Assembly: GCA_035545635.1 (NCBI GenBank)
Contig: DASZXY010000024.1
Location: 130,685 to 194,684, forward strand
Direction of reading: 5' to 3'
Origin: Mycobacteriales bacterium
GTDB taxonomy: Bacteria; Actinomycetota; Actinomycetes; JAFAQI01
Length of the DNA stretch: 64,000 nt
The position numbers and the translations under genes are program-made. The first letter of the stretch is position 1; every line of letters starts with the position of its first letter. Under the pieces are notes generated by a model. That model was not told the DNA's origin. It saw only the letters and a program-made list of their open reading frames with translations, and ran no database searches. Below are positions 10,190-19,652 of the stretch, piece after piece.

Positions 10190-11290
10190 ATGTCGGTAAC
10201 GTACCGTCCCGTGACAGACGCGGATCTTGCATCCCTGACCGAGCAGGCCGCACCGCACGAAGCGGTGGGCCGCTATCTCGCTGAGCAGCTCGGCGACGAC
10301 GGTTGGCGCGACTGCCGCCTGGAGCTGATCTCGGGCGGAAAGTCGAACCTCACGTTCGGCGTCTCGGCTGCGGCGGGAGAGGCGGTGCTGCGGCGCCCGC
10401 CGCTGTCGAACCGGCTACCGACCGCGCACGACATGGGACGCGAGCACCGGGTGATGACGGCTCTCGGGCCGACGACTGTGCCCGTGCCGCCGACGCTCGC
10501 GATGTGCACCGACGAAGCGGTGATCGGGGCGCCGTTCTACGTGATGACGCGCGTTGAGGGTCACATCGTGCGGGACTCCCTTCCCGACGGCTACGCGGAA
10601 TCTCACGAAGAGCGGCTGGCGATCGCTCACGGCCTGATCGACGTGATGGCCGACCTGCACTCAGTCGTGCCGGCCGAGATCGGGCTCGGTGACTACGGGC
10701 GCCCGGACGGATATCTCGAGCGCCAGATCAAGCGGTGGACCACGCAGTGGCAGGCGACGCGCGATGCGCTCCAGGGCGAGGGGAGCGACCTGGACCGGCT
10801 CGCCGAGCGGCTGACGGCGAACGTGCCGCAGGCGCCGACCGGTCCGATCGTCCACGGCGACTACCGCATGGACAACGTGCTGCTCGACCCGAACAGCCCC
10901 GGCAAGATCGCGGCGGTCCTCGACTGGGAGCTGTCGACGCTTGGCGACCCACTCGCCGATCTCGGCATGTTCTACATCTACTGGCAGGACGCGGGCGACG
11001 AGACCAGCGAGCTGACAGCCGGCGTGCTGCCGACCGTGACGACGTTGCCTGGGTTCCCGACTCGCCGCGAGCTGCTGGACCGTTACGCCAAGACAAGCGG
11101 GCGAGACCTTTCGGACATGCCCTGGTATGTCGCGTTCGCCTGCTTCAAGCTCGCCTCGATCATCGCCGGTGTCGCCGCGCGCGGTTTGGCGGGCGCGATG
11201 ATCGGTGACGGATTCGTGGAGATGGCAGTGCGGATCGCACCACTCGTCAACGCGGGCAACTCCGCGCTGTCAGATGGCCTCGGTCTCTAG
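10190..11290 (+). CDS. Phosphotransferase-family protein (APH/choline-kinase fold)
   Basis: Kinase-like motifs [11 protein letters not shown] and [11 protein letters not shown]. Start at ATG 10190 (MSVTYRPV), since the upstream ORF extension overlaps bioA. Confidence 0.75.
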   Translation: MSVTYRPVTDADLASLTEQAAPHEAVGRYLAEQLGDDGWRDCRLELISGGKSNLTFGVSAAAGEAVLRRPPLSNRLPTAHDMGREHRVMTALGPTTVPVPPTLAMCTDEAVIGAPFYVMTRVEGHIVRDSLPDGYAESHEERLAIAHGLIDVMADLHSVVPAEIGLGDYGRPDGYLERQIKRWTTQWQATRDALQGEGSDLDRLAERLTANVPQAPTGPIVHGDYRMDNVLLDPNSPGKIAAVLDWELSTLGDPLADLGMFYIYWQDAGDETSELTAGVLPTVTTLPGFPTRRELLDRYAKTSGRDLSDMPWYVAFACFKLASIIAGVAARGLAGAMIGDGFVEMAVRIAPLVNAGNSALSDGLGL

Positions 11291-11298
11291 GTAATCCC

Positions 11299-12321
11299 TT
11301 GGGCGATCGTGCCGATGATCAAGGCGTGACGCAGGTCGAGGACCGGCTTCGCGCGGAGCTCAACGTTGCGCGCGCGATCATCGACGTCCAGCAGCAGATC
11401 GCCCAGGCGCAACGCGAGCCGGAGCGCGTCATGCAGGTGGTCGCGACGGCGAGCCAGGAGCTGACCGGCGCCGCGGGCACGGTGGTGGAGATCGTGCAGG
11501 GCGACGAGATGGTCTACGCCGCGGCGACCGGGATCGCCTCGCCCCACATCGGCGTCCGGCTGCAGCGCGAAGGCAGCCTCTCAGGGCTGTGCGTCGCCGC
11601 GGCGTCGCCGTTGATCTGCGAGGACTCAGAGACTGACGACCGGGTTGACCGTGAGGCATGCCGGCGGATCGGGCTGCGCTCGATGGTCGTCGTCCCGCTT
11701 CTGGATGGGGACCGCTGCCAGGGCGTGCTGAAGGTGCTCGGAGCTGAGCCGGGCCTGTTCGGTCCTGACGACACCGTTGCGCTGCAGGCGATGGCCGGGT
11801 TCATCGCGCTGTCCCTGCAGCTCGCCGACAACTACGTGGCGCAGACACACAAGGCGACCACGGATGCGCTGACCGGTCTGGCCAACCGGGATGAGTTCCT
11901 GCGCCGTCTCGGCGGGCTGCTGCACGGCTCGCCACAGCGATCGGTCACGGTGTGCTTCATCGACCTGGACGGCTTCAAGGAACTCAACGACACGGCTGGG
12001 CATGCCGCGGGCGACGAGGCACTGCGCAGCGCCGCGGCTGCGATGAGTGAGACCGTCCGCGATGGCGATCTGGTCGCGCGGATCGGCGGCGACGAGTTCG
12101 TCGTGGCCTGCATCGGGTTGCGCGCCCGGATGGTCGACGTACTGGTGGAACGCCTCGAGGACGCGATCGTCACCGCGACTGCTGGACAGCTCCGCGGCGC
12201 GAGTATCGGCTATGCGGTGTCGACGGCGGCCGACACCGTCGACTCGCTGCTCGAGCGAGCTGACGCGGCGATGTACGACGTGAAGCGCAAGCGGCGATCG
12301 GGCCGGGTCAGCGCAGGCTGA
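11299..12321 (+). CDS. GAF domain-containing diguanylate cyclase (GGDEF)
   Basis: N-terminal GAF-like region, then TDALTGLANRDEF...IDLDGFKELNDTAGHAAGDEAL...RIGGDEFVV. Start uncertain (TTG 11299 or GTG 11326). Confidence 0.8.
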   Translation: MGDRADDQGVTQVEDRLRAELNVARAIIDVQQQIAQAQREPERVMQVVATASQELTGAAGTVVEIVQGDEMVYAAATGIASPHIGVRLQREGSLSGLCVAAASPLICEDSETDDRVDREACRRIGLRSMVVVPLLDGDRCQGVLKVLGAEPGLFGPDDTVALQAMAGFIALSLQLADNYVAQTHKATTDALTGLANRDEFLRRLGGLLHGSPQRSVTVCFIDLDGFKELNDTAGHAAGDEALRSAAAAMSETVRDGDLVARIGGDEFVVACIGLRARMVDVLVERLEDAIVTATAGQLRGASIGYAVSTAADTVDSLLERADAAMYDVKRKRRSGRVSAG

Positions 12322-13039
12322 GGCCGCCGTCGATCACCCAGATCTGGCCGGTGACGTAGGTCGATGCGATCTGCGTGGCGACCACTTCGGCGACGTCTTC
12401 CGGCTGCGCCGCGCGCTGCATCGGCGCCATGAACTTGATCCCCTCGTGCAGATCGGTCCAGTCGGCGGTCCATGGGGTGTCCACGAGACCGGGTGCCACG
12501 GCGTTGACCCGCACAGCGGGGGCGAGGACGTTCGCGAGAAGCAGCGTCAGGTGGTTGATCGCCGCCTTGCTCGCGGCGTAGGGGATCGAGGAGCCGAGGG
12601 GTCGCACGCCTGCGAGTGACGTCACATTGACGATGCAGCCGGCTCCCGTCTCCTTCAGAAAAGGGGCCGCGGCGACCGACATCTGCCACGTGCCGACGAC
12701 GTTGACGTCATACAACCGCCGGAAGATCTCTGGGGTTGCTGCCTCGAAGTCCTCGTGCGCGATTCGCACGGTCGTACCGGCGTTGTTGACGAGTACGTCG
12801 AGCCGGCCGAACTTCGCGATCGTCTCGTCGACCAGTCGCTGCGCATCGCCGTCCGCCGAGATGTCGGCCTGCACGTAGTGGGTCTTGTCCTCGCCGTGCT
12901 CGCTGACCATCGCCTTGCCGGCGTCAACGGACTTCGCGGAGTTGATGACGACCTTGAACCCGTCACCGACGAGGCGCTCGACGACGGCCTTGCCGATTCC
13001 CGACGTCGATCCGGTGACGAGGGCGACCCGGTCCGTCAT
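12308..13039 (-). CDS. SDR-family oxidoreductase
   Basis: TGSTSGIGKA Rossmann motif and YAASKAA catalytic motif. Start at internal ATG 13039 (MTDRVALVTG). Confidence 0.85.
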   Translation of the reverse strand: MTDRVALVTGSTSGIGKAVVERLVGDGFKVVINSAKSVDAGKAMVSEHGEDKTHYVQADISADGDAQRLVDETIAKFGRLDVLVNNAGTTVRIAHEDFEAATPEIFRRLYDVNVVGTWQMSVAAAPFLKETGAGCIVNVTSLAGVRPLGSSIPYAASKAAINHLTLLLANVLAPAVRVNAVAPGLVDTPWTADWTDLHEGIKFMAPMQRAAQPEDVAEVVATQIASTYVTGQIWVIDGGLSLR

Positions 13040-13803
13040 CAAACTCCTCCTGCGCTCAGGATTCCGCCGTCGATCGCGACGGTCTGTCCGGTGATCCAGG
13101 ATGCGTCGTCGGAGAGCAGAAAGGCAGCGAGTTTCGCAGTGTCGGTCGGTACGCCGAGCCGCTTCAGCGGGTAACGCGCCGCCGCGGCGGCTTCGTCGGC
13201 TTCGTACAGGGCCCGGGCGAACTGCGTCTTCACGACCGCGGGCGCGATGGCGTTCACCCGCACCCCGGGGCTCAGCTCTTGCGCGAGCTGCTTGGTCATG
13301 TGGATCAGCGCCGCCTTGCTCGCGTTGTAGGCGCCTAGGGCCGGTCCGGTCCGGATGCCCCCGATCGACGCGACGTTGAGGACGGCGCCGCCGTTGTCCT
13401 TCAGCCACGCCTGCCAGGCGAGCTGCGTCCAGGCGAGAGCCGCCACGACGTTGACCTCGAAGATCTTGCGTACGGCGGCCAGCTCGTAGTCGATCATCGG
13501 CCCGAAGACGGGGTTGACCGCCGCGTTGTTGATCACGTAGTCGAGCCGGCCGAAGGTCTGCATGGTCGCGTCGACAGCGGCCTGCTGGTGCTCGGCGTCA
13601 TCGGCGCTGCCGCGAGCTGCGATAGCGCGCCCGGCGCCGTCGGGGTCCAGCTCCGCGACGGCGGCGTCGAGCTCATCCGGCTTGCGCGCCGTGATGCACA
13701 CCGAGGCGCCGCGCGCCACCAGCTCGGCGGCGATGCCGAGGCCGATGCCGCGCGTGCCGCCGGTGACGACTGCAACCCGGCCCGTGAAGTCCTGCTCTGC
13801 CAT
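13039..13803 (-). CDS. SDR-family oxidoreductase
   Basis: TGGTRGIGLG and YNASKAAL motifs. Start at internal ATG 13803 (MAEQDFTGRVAVVTGG). Tandem with the downstream SDR. Confidence 0.85.
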   Translation of the reverse strand: MAEQDFTGRVAVVTGGTRGIGLGIAAELVARGASVCITARKPDELDAAVAELDPDGAGRAIAARGSADDAEHQQAAVDATMQTFGRLDYVINNAAVNPVFGPMIDYELAAVRKIFEVNVVAALAWTQLAWQAWLKDNGGAVLNVASIGGIRTGPALGAYNASKAALIHMTKQLAQELSPGVRVNAIAPAVVKTQFARALYEADEAAAAARYPLKRLGVPTDTAKLAAFLLSDDASWITGQTVAIDGGILSAGGV

Positions 13804-13949
13804 GCGCCGACACGGTGCCACATCGGCTTGCACAGCGACCGTTCGGGTGCCGGTCGTCCACAGCCGGAACTTGCGCGTCCGGCGCTCGTCGGTGCTCGTC
13901 CGCACCGTGGTGGGGCCGGCGGGTGCCGGTCCATGAGGAAGGAGTACCG

Positions 13950-14393
13950 ATGGACACCTACATGACGGTGCAGGGCAACCTCACCGCCGACCCGGTGCCT
14001 CGCACCACCGCCAACGGAGCCACCGTGGTGAATCTCCGCGTCGCGTCGAACTCGCGGCGGTTCGACAAGGAAGCCGGCGAGTTCCGGGACGGCGACCCTA
14101 TGTACATAGGTGTCACGTGCTGGCGCGGGTTGGCCGCCAATGTTCTCGCAAGCCTGCGCAAGGGCGACAGCGTCGTCGTGTTCGGCCGGTTCCTGATGCG
14201 CACGTATGAGACCAAAGAAGGCGAGCAGCGAACGGTCTACGAGATCGATGCGTTCGCGGTGGGCCCCGACCTCAATCGCTGGCCGGCAGACCTGCGCCGT
14301 CCGTCGCGGTCGGCAGCTGCGGCTGCCGAGACCCCGCTCGACGCCGATGCCCATAGTGCCGGCGCCCCGGTTGTGGCGGAGGTCGCCGCATAG
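13950..14393 (+). CDS. Single-stranded DNA-binding protein paralogue (no acidic C-terminal tip)
   Basis: OB-fold SSB signature (MTVQGNLTADPVPRTTANGATVVNLRVASNSRRFDK...YIGVTCWRGLAANV...KGDSVVVFGRF). SD GGAAGGA upstream of ATG 13950. Sits next to ettA, as the Rv2478c-like gene does in mycobacteria (from memory). Confidence 0.75.
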   Translation: MDTYMTVQGNLTADPVPRTTANGATVVNLRVASNSRRFDKEAGEFRDGDPMYIGVTCWRGLAANVLASLRKGDSVVVFGRFLMRTYETKEGEQRTVYEIDAFAVGPDLNRWPADLRRPSRSAAAAAETPLDADAHSAGAPVVAEVAA

Positions 14394-14581
14394 CTGGCTA
14401 CGTCGGGGGCCGCCGGCACTCCGGTGGCGGCGACATCGATGGTGCGCGTCGGCAGGGAGTCGAGCCGTGCGGTGAAGGGGTCGGACTTCTTGAAGTAGGC
14501 GAACCCGGCCAGCGCAGCCGCGCCTCCGGCGTACCCGCCGAGGCCGTCGGAGCCGCCGAGAAAGCGCGATCGTGCGCTCAC
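14237..14581 (-). CDS. Hypothetical small Gly/Ala-rich protein (doubtful)
   Basis: The first ~55 codons (14581 to ~14415) show strong G/C third-position bias and a glycine-zipper-like segment (GGYAGGAAALAGFAYFKK). There is no SD, and the last 157 nt overlap the ssb-like gene. Confidence 0.2.
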   Translation of the reverse strand: MSARSRFLGGSDGLGGYAGGAAALAGFAYFKKSDPFTARLDSLPTRTIDVAATGVPAAPDVASYAATSATTGAPALWASASSGVSAAAAADRDGRRRSAGQRLRSGPTANASIS

Positions 14582-14641
14582 CCGGCCGGCATAGGAAGGG
14601 GAGGGAGGTGGAAATCAACCCAAAATCCGTAGCCTGGACGC

Positions 14642-16318
14642 GTGGCTCAGTACATCTACTCGATGCGAAACGTCCGCAAGGCGCATGGCGACAAGGTCAT
14701 CCTCGACGACGTCACGCTGTCGTTCCTGCCGGGTGCGAAGATCGGCGTGGTCGGACCCAACGGCGCCGGCAAGTCGAGTGTCCTGAAGATCATGGCGGGC
14801 CTGGACACGGCCTCCAACGGCGACGCGATCCTGAGCCCGGGCTACTCCGTGGGCATCCTGCTGCAGGAGCCGCCGCTGGACGAGACCAAGGACGTCCGCG
14901 GGAACGTCGAAGAGGCAGTCGCCGCCACCAAGGCGCTCGTCGACAGGTACAACGAGGTCGCCGAGAAGATGGCCGTCGAGTACACCGACGAGCTCGGCAC
15001 CGAGATGGGGGTGCTCCAGGAGCAGATCGAGCACGCGGGCGCCTGGGACCTCGACAGCCGGATCGAGATGGCGATGGACGCGCTGCGGTGCCCGCCGGGT
15101 GATGCGGATGTGACGGTGCTGTCGGGCGGCGAGCGCCGCCGGGTCGCGCTGTGCAAGCTGCTGCTCGAGCAGCCCGACCTGCTGCTTCTCGATGAGCCCA
15201 CCAACCACCTGGACGCGGAGAGCGTGAACTGGCTCGAGCAGCACCTCTCGGCCTACCCGGGCGCCGTTCTTGCGGTGACCCACGACCGGTACTTCCTCGA
15301 CAACGTCGCGGAGTGGATCCTCGAGATCGACCGCGGCCGGACCTACCCGTACGAGGGCAACTACACGACCTACCTCGACACCAAGGCCTCACGAATCAAG
15401 GTCGAGGGTGCGAAGGACATCAAGCGCAAGAAGGAGATCGAGCGGGAGCTCGAGTGGGTGCGGTCGAACCCGAAGGCCCGGCAGGCCAAGAGCAAGGCCC
15501 GGCTGGCGCGGTTCGAGGAACTGGTCGCCGAGGCCGACCGGGTCAAGCCGGTCGAGAACGGCGGCATCCAGATTCCTCCCGGCCCGCGGCTCGGCTCGCA
15601 GGTCATCGAGGCGAAGGGCCTCAGGAAAGGATTCGGCGACCGCGTCCTCATCGACGACCTGTCGTTCTCGCTCCCGCGCGGCGGCATCGTCGGGATCATG
15701 GGTCCGAACGGGGTCGGCAAGACGACGCTGTTCAAGATGATCGTCGGCGAGGAGAAGCCGGATGGCGGCGAGCTCGTCATCGGCGAGACCGTGGAGATCT
15801 CCTACGTCGACCAAGGGCGCGGTGGGCTCGACCCGAAGCAGACGCTGTGGGAGGTCGTCTCCGGGGGTCTCGACCACATCATCGTCGGCAAGACCGACAT
15901 CAACAGCCGCGCATACGTCGCGTCCTTCGGCTTCAAGGGGCCGGACCAGCAGAAGCCGGCGGGCGTGCTGTCGGGTGGCGAGCGCAACCGGCTGAACCTG
16001 GCCCTCACGCTCAAGGCCGGCGGCAACGTGCTGCTGCTCGACGAGCCGACCAACGACCTCGACGTCGAGACGCTGCGATCGCTCGAAGACGCCCTCGAGG
16101 AGTTCCCTGGGTGTGCCGTCGTGATCAGCCACGACCGGTGGTTCCTCGACAAGGTGGCGACGCACATCCTCGCCTGGGAGGGCACCGAGGACGAGCCCGG
16201 CAAGTGGTACTGGTTCGAGGGCGGCTTCTCCGACTACGAGCGGAACAAGGTCGACCGACTGGGCGAGGAGGCCGCCCGGCCGCACCGCGTCACCTACCGC
16301 AAGCTGGGCCGCGACTAG
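14642..16318 (+). CDS. ettA: Energy-dependent translational throttle protein EttA (ABC-F)
   Basis: N-terminus (V)AQYIYSMRNVRKAHGDK. Two ABC cassettes (GPNGAGKSS / LSGGERRR; GPNGVGKTT / LSGGERNR) and a typical ~555-aa length. Confidence 0.9.
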   Translation: MAQYIYSMRNVRKAHGDKVILDDVTLSFLPGAKIGVVGPNGAGKSSVLKIMAGLDTASNGDAILSPGYSVGILLQEPPLDETKDVRGNVEEAVAATKALVDRYNEVAEKMAVEYTDELGTEMGVLQEQIEHAGAWDLDSRIEMAMDALRCPPGDADVTVLSGGERRRVALCKLLLEQPDLLLLDEPTNHLDAESVNWLEQHLSAYPGAVLAVTHDRYFLDNVAEWILEIDRGRTYPYEGNYTTYLDTKASRIKVEGAKDIKRKKEIERELEWVRSNPKARQAKSKARLARFEELVAEADRVKPVENGGIQIPPGPRLGSQVIEAKGLRKGFGDRVLIDDLSFSLPRGGIVGIMGPNGVGKTTLFKMIVGEEKPDGGELVIGETVEISYVDQGRGGLDPKQTLWEVVSGGLDHIIVGKTDINSRAYVASFGFKGPDQQKPAGVLSGGERNRLNLALTLKAGGNVLLLDEPTNDLDVETLRSLEDALEEFPGCAVVISHDRWFLDKVATHILAWEGTEDEPGKWYWFEGGFSDYERNKVDRLGEEAARPHRVTYRKLGRD

Positions 16319-16322
16319 CCGG

Positions 16323-17147
16323 GTGCCGGACCAACGCGAGCCGGGCTGGGACCCGGTTCAGTACCTGCGGTACGCCGACGAGCGGTCGCGGCCGTTCTTC
16401 GACCTGCTCGCCCGGGTACCCGTGGCGGCGCCCTCGCTGGTCATCGATCTGGGATGTGGCCCCGGGACGCTGACCCGGACAGTTACCGAACGGTGGCCCG
16501 GTGCCGATGTGATCGGAGTCGACAGCTCCCAAGAGATGATCACCCGTGCCGAATCCGAGACCGCTTTGAATCGTTTGTCCTATGTGTGCGCCGATCTGCG
16601 GTCCTGGCTGCCCGGTGCACCTTCAGCCCAGCGCGCCCCGGACGTGGTCGTCGCGAATGCCGTCCTGCAGTGGATTCCCGGGCACCTCGACCTCATCGGG
16701 GAGATCGCGGGCTGGCTCGCTCCCGGCGGCAGCTTCGCCTTCCAGGTCCCGGCGAACTTCGACTCCCCGTCGCACGTCGTGATCCGGGAGTTGCGCCAGT
16801 CGGCGCAATGGCGCGACCGGCTGGCTGCCGATGCGGATAGGGAGGCGGCGGTCGAGCCCCCCGCGGCGTACCTTGATGCGCTCGCGGCGGCCGGCCTGCA
16901 GCCAGACGTTTGGCAGACCACATACCTGCACCGGTTGAGCGGAAGTGACGCGGTGCTCGAGTGGGTGAAGGGGACAGCGTTGCGTCCGGTGCTGACTGCG
17001 CTCGAAGGCGACGACGTCGCCATCGACGCATTCCTGGCGGAGTGTGGCGAGCGACTTCGGGCGGCGTACCCGCCTGGCGCGGACGGGACCACTGTCTTCC
17101 CGTTCCGGCGGACTTTTGCCGTGGGTACTGCGAGGACGGCGGCATGA
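16323..17147 (+). CDS. tam: Trans-aconitate 2-methyltransferase-like SAM methyltransferase
   Basis: WDPVQYLRYADERSRPFFDLL N-terminus and SAM-binding VIDLGCGPG. Confidence 0.7.
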   Translation: MPDQREPGWDPVQYLRYADERSRPFFDLLARVPVAAPSLVIDLGCGPGTLTRTVTERWPGADVIGVDSSQEMITRAESETALNRLSYVCADLRSWLPGAPSAQRAPDVVVANAVLQWIPGHLDLIGEIAGWLAPGGSFAFQVPANFDSPSHVVIRELRQSAQWRDRLAADADREAAVEPPAAYLDALAAAGLQPDVWQTTYLHRLSGSDAVLEWVKGTALRPVLTALEGDDVAIDAFLAECGERLRAAYPPGADGTTVFPFRRTFAVGTARTAA

Positions 17148-17974
17148 GAGGACGCCTCCTCACCGCGAGCCTCGCGGTGCTCGCCTTCATGCTCGCGAGT
17201 GCCACCGCGAGCGCCGGGTCGCACGTGTCAAAAGCGGCGAGCCGCCAGAGCCGGACCAGCGATGTCGCGATCGCCGGCGGCAGCGTGTTCATGTGGAGCA
17301 AGCACAGCGGCCAGGACAGCGGCAGCGGATGCACCTTGGCCTTCTCTGTGCGCTCGGTGCGCACCGGCAGCAAAGGCGCGCTGACCGCGGGACACTGCGT
17401 CGCGACGCTCAACGGTGGTCCGGCGTACTTCGTGCAGCAGACCCAGAGCCTGCCGAACGACTCGACGGCACCCGGCGACCTGCTCGGCAAGGTGTCGGGA
17501 CGCAACTACACTGTCGGGCCCAACGGCGACAGCGCCTTCGCGTCGCTCGTCTCGGGTCGTAACGCACGAGCGCTGTTGTTCACCGGGGGACGGTCGACGC
17601 GCACCGCCATCCCCGTCGCGGGCGCGATGGACCCCGACACCGGCATGCAGGTCTGCTACTCCGGCGCAGCGACCGGCGAGCACTGCGGCTTCACGATCGT
17701 CGGCGGCTCGCAGGACGTGAGCTTCAAGTCGGCGAGCGGCCACGTCACGATCGGCAACGAGTGGCGGGCGACGGGCCAGGACTGCACGTCGCGCAAGGGT
17801 GACTCGGGATCGCCCGTTTACGTCTACAACAACGGCTTCGCGTACGCGGTCGGCATCCTGTCAGGCGGGCAAGTGAAGGAGGGCCAGTGCCCGTTCTACT
17901 TCACCCCGGTGAAGCTCGCCCTCAAGGTGCTCGGGCTCACGCTGATCACGTCGAACTCCAGCGCTACGAGTTGA
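17144..17974 (+). CDS. Secreted S1-family (chymotrypsin/streptogrisin-like) serine protease
   Basis: Signal peptide MRGRLLTASLAVLAFMLASATASA, catalytic His LTAGHCV, catalytic Ser KGDSGSPVY. The ATG overlaps the tam stop (ATGA). Confidence 0.75.
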   Translation: MRGRLLTASLAVLAFMLASATASAGSHVSKAASRQSRTSDVAIAGGSVFMWSKHSGQDSGSGCTLAFSVRSVRTGSKGALTAGHCVATLNGGPAYFVQQTQSLPNDSTAPGDLLGKVSGRNYTVGPNGDSAFASLVSGRNARALLFTGGRSTRTAIPVAGAMDPDTGMQVCYSGAATGEHCGFTIVGGSQDVSFKSASGHVTIGNEWRATGQDCTSRKGDSGSPVYVYNNGFAYAVGILSGGQVKEGQCPFYFTPVKLALKVLGLTLITSNSSATS

Positions 17975-18380
17975 CGAGGACGTCCGCGCCCAGGGTCAAG
18001 TAGGACCACAGCGTCTCGTCCGCCTCGGCGGGCAGCTCGAGGTCGTCGAGCGCGGCGCGCATGTGCATCAGCCAGTGGTCGCGCGCGGCGACGTCGATCC
18101 GGAACTCGGCGTGGCGCGCGCGCAGCCGCGGGTGTCCGCGGGTCTCCGAGTAGGTCCGGGGCCCACCCCAGTACTGCTCGAGGAACAGCATCAGCCGTTC
18201 CGCCGCTCCGGCCCAGTCATGGTCCGGGTAGATCGCGGTCAGCACGGGATCGTTCGCGACCCGGGCGTAGAAGCCACTCACCAGCCGCTCGAACGTCTCG
18301 TGGCCGCCGATTGCGTCATAGAACGTCGCCGCTGAGTCGATCCCCTCGATGTGGATCGGCTGTGGCCCGGGTCGTTCCAT
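17964..18380 (-). CDS. glbO: Group II truncated hemoglobin
   Basis: C-terminal 138 aa of the 1018-aa ORF: FYDAIGGHETFERLVSGFYARVANDPVL...LFLEQYWGGPRTYSE. Start at internal ATG 18380. Confidence 0.8.
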   Translation of the reverse strand: MERPGPQPIHIEGIDSAATFYDAIGGHETFERLVSGFYARVANDPVLTAIYPDHDWAGAAERLMLFLEQYWGGPRTYSETRGHPRLRARHAEFRIDVAARDHWLMHMRAALDDLELPAEADETLWSYLTLGADVLVNS

Positions 18381-18464
18381 GCCTTCACGGTAGGCGCAGC
18401 GACGCAAAGTACGGCGCGGGTGCGCCTTCTGCTGGGTACGCTGAGCCCAACCGAGGAGGCGGCA

Positions 18465-18989
18465 GTGGCTCACGCGCTCGTGCTCAACGCGACGTACGAG
18501 CCGCTGTGCGTGGTCTCCCAACGTCGCGCCGTCGTACTCGTCCTCACCGGCAAGGCTGTCGCGGTCGAGTCCTCCGATGACGAGCTGCACAGCGAGCGGC
18601 TCGCGCTGCGAGTGCCGCTCGTGGTCCGGCTCGCCCGGTTCGTTCGGGTGCCGTACCGCGGTGCGGTCCCACTGACGCGCCGCGCGGTGTTCGCGCGCGA
18701 CGGTGGGCGCTGCGTGTACTGCCTCGCACCCGCGACGAGCATCGATCACGTCATCCCGCGCAGCCGCGGCGGCGGCCACGTCTGGGAGAACGTCGTGTCG
18801 TGCTGCCGGCGGTGCAATCACGCCAAGGCCGATCGCGCCATCTCGGAGCTCGGCTGGCGGATGCCCCGGCAGCCAGTGGCTCCCACCGGGATCGCCTGGC
18901 GGGTGCTCGGCACCGGCCGGATGGCACCGCAGTGGCGGCCGTATCTCGGCGAGGATGTCGTCGACGGCACCGAGGCGGCCAGCGCCTGA
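18465..18989 (+). CDS. HNH endonuclease
   Basis: CVYC...IDHVIPRSRGGGHVWENVVSCCRRCNHAK HNH/zinc motif. GTG 18465 is preceded by SD GAGGAGG. Divergent from glbO, as in mycobacteria (from memory). Confidence 0.8.
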   Translation: MAHALVLNATYEPLCVVSQRRAVVLVLTGKAVAVESSDDELHSERLALRVPLVVRLARFVRVPYRGAVPLTRRAVFARDGGRCVYCLAPATSIDHVIPRSRGGGHVWENVVSCCRRCNHAKADRAISELGWRMPRQPVAPTGIAWRVLGTGRMAPQWRPYLGEDVVDGTEAASA

Positions 18990-19028
18990 CTGGATCGGCC
19001 GCAACAAGATCGGAATAGGGTCCGTGTC

Positions 19029-19649
19029 ATGACGGCACGCGCATGGTTCGCCCGACTCGCTCTCGCTGCCTTTGTCGTGGCGGGGTGCAGCAGCAGCTCC
19101 TCGGGGGGCAGCGACAACACCGCGGCGACCGAGCCGCCGGTCACCTCGAGCCCCAGCGTGTCGACGTCGGAGTCCGCGAGTCAGTCCGCGACGCCGACGC
19201 CGTCGTTCTCGAGCACAGTTCAGGCGTCCAAGGACTGCCGGCTCTCGCAGCTCGACTTCTCGATCGGCCAAGGCCAGGGCGCCGCCGGGTCGACGATCCT
19301 TCCGCTCGTCTTCACCAACCACAGCAAGCGGGCGTGCACGATGTTCGGCTACCCCGGAGTGTCCTTCCTCGACGCCCAGGGAAACCCGCTCGGGCAACCT
19401 GCCGACCGCCGCGGCGGGGAGAAGGCAGTCGTCACACTCGGACCGGGCGACGCTGCAAACGCACAGCTGCGCATCCCCGACCCGGGCAACTTCTCGCCCG
19501 CCGACTGCAACGTCGCGACCTCCGCGTCGATTCTCGTCTACCCGCCCGGCGAGAAGCATTCGACGACCGCGCCGGAGGCGACGCAGGTGTGTACGACGGA
19601 GGCCGGTCGTTCCGTCGTCCTTCCCGTCGTGCCGGGAAACGGCGGCTGA
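19029..19649 (+). CDS. DUF4232-type lipoprotein
   Basis: Lipobox FVVAGC-SSS, Ser/Thr/Pro linker, then a DUF4232-like core (CRLSQLDFSIGQGQGAAGSTILPLVFTNHSKRACTMFGYPGVSF). Confidence 0.7.
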   Translation: MTARAWFARLALAAFVVAGCSSSSSGGSDNTAATEPPVTSSPSVSTSESASQSATPTPSFSSTVQASKDCRLSQLDFSIGQGQGAAGSTILPLVFTNHSKRACTMFGYPGVSFLDAQGNPLGQPADRRGGEKAVVTLGPGDAANAQLRIPDPGNFSPADCNVATSASILVYPPGEKHSTTAPEATQVCTTEAGRSVVLPVVPGNGG

Positions 19650-19652
19650 TGG

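Noticed and set aside
18465-18989. HNH endonuclease as a possible defence or homing nuclease.
   Set aside because: It is a stand-alone ~175-aa HNH with no partner genes (methylase, helicase or ATPase). Its position, divergent from glbO, matches the conserved mycobacterial arrangement I remember (Rv2469c/Rv2470). It therefore looks like a core gene, not an island.
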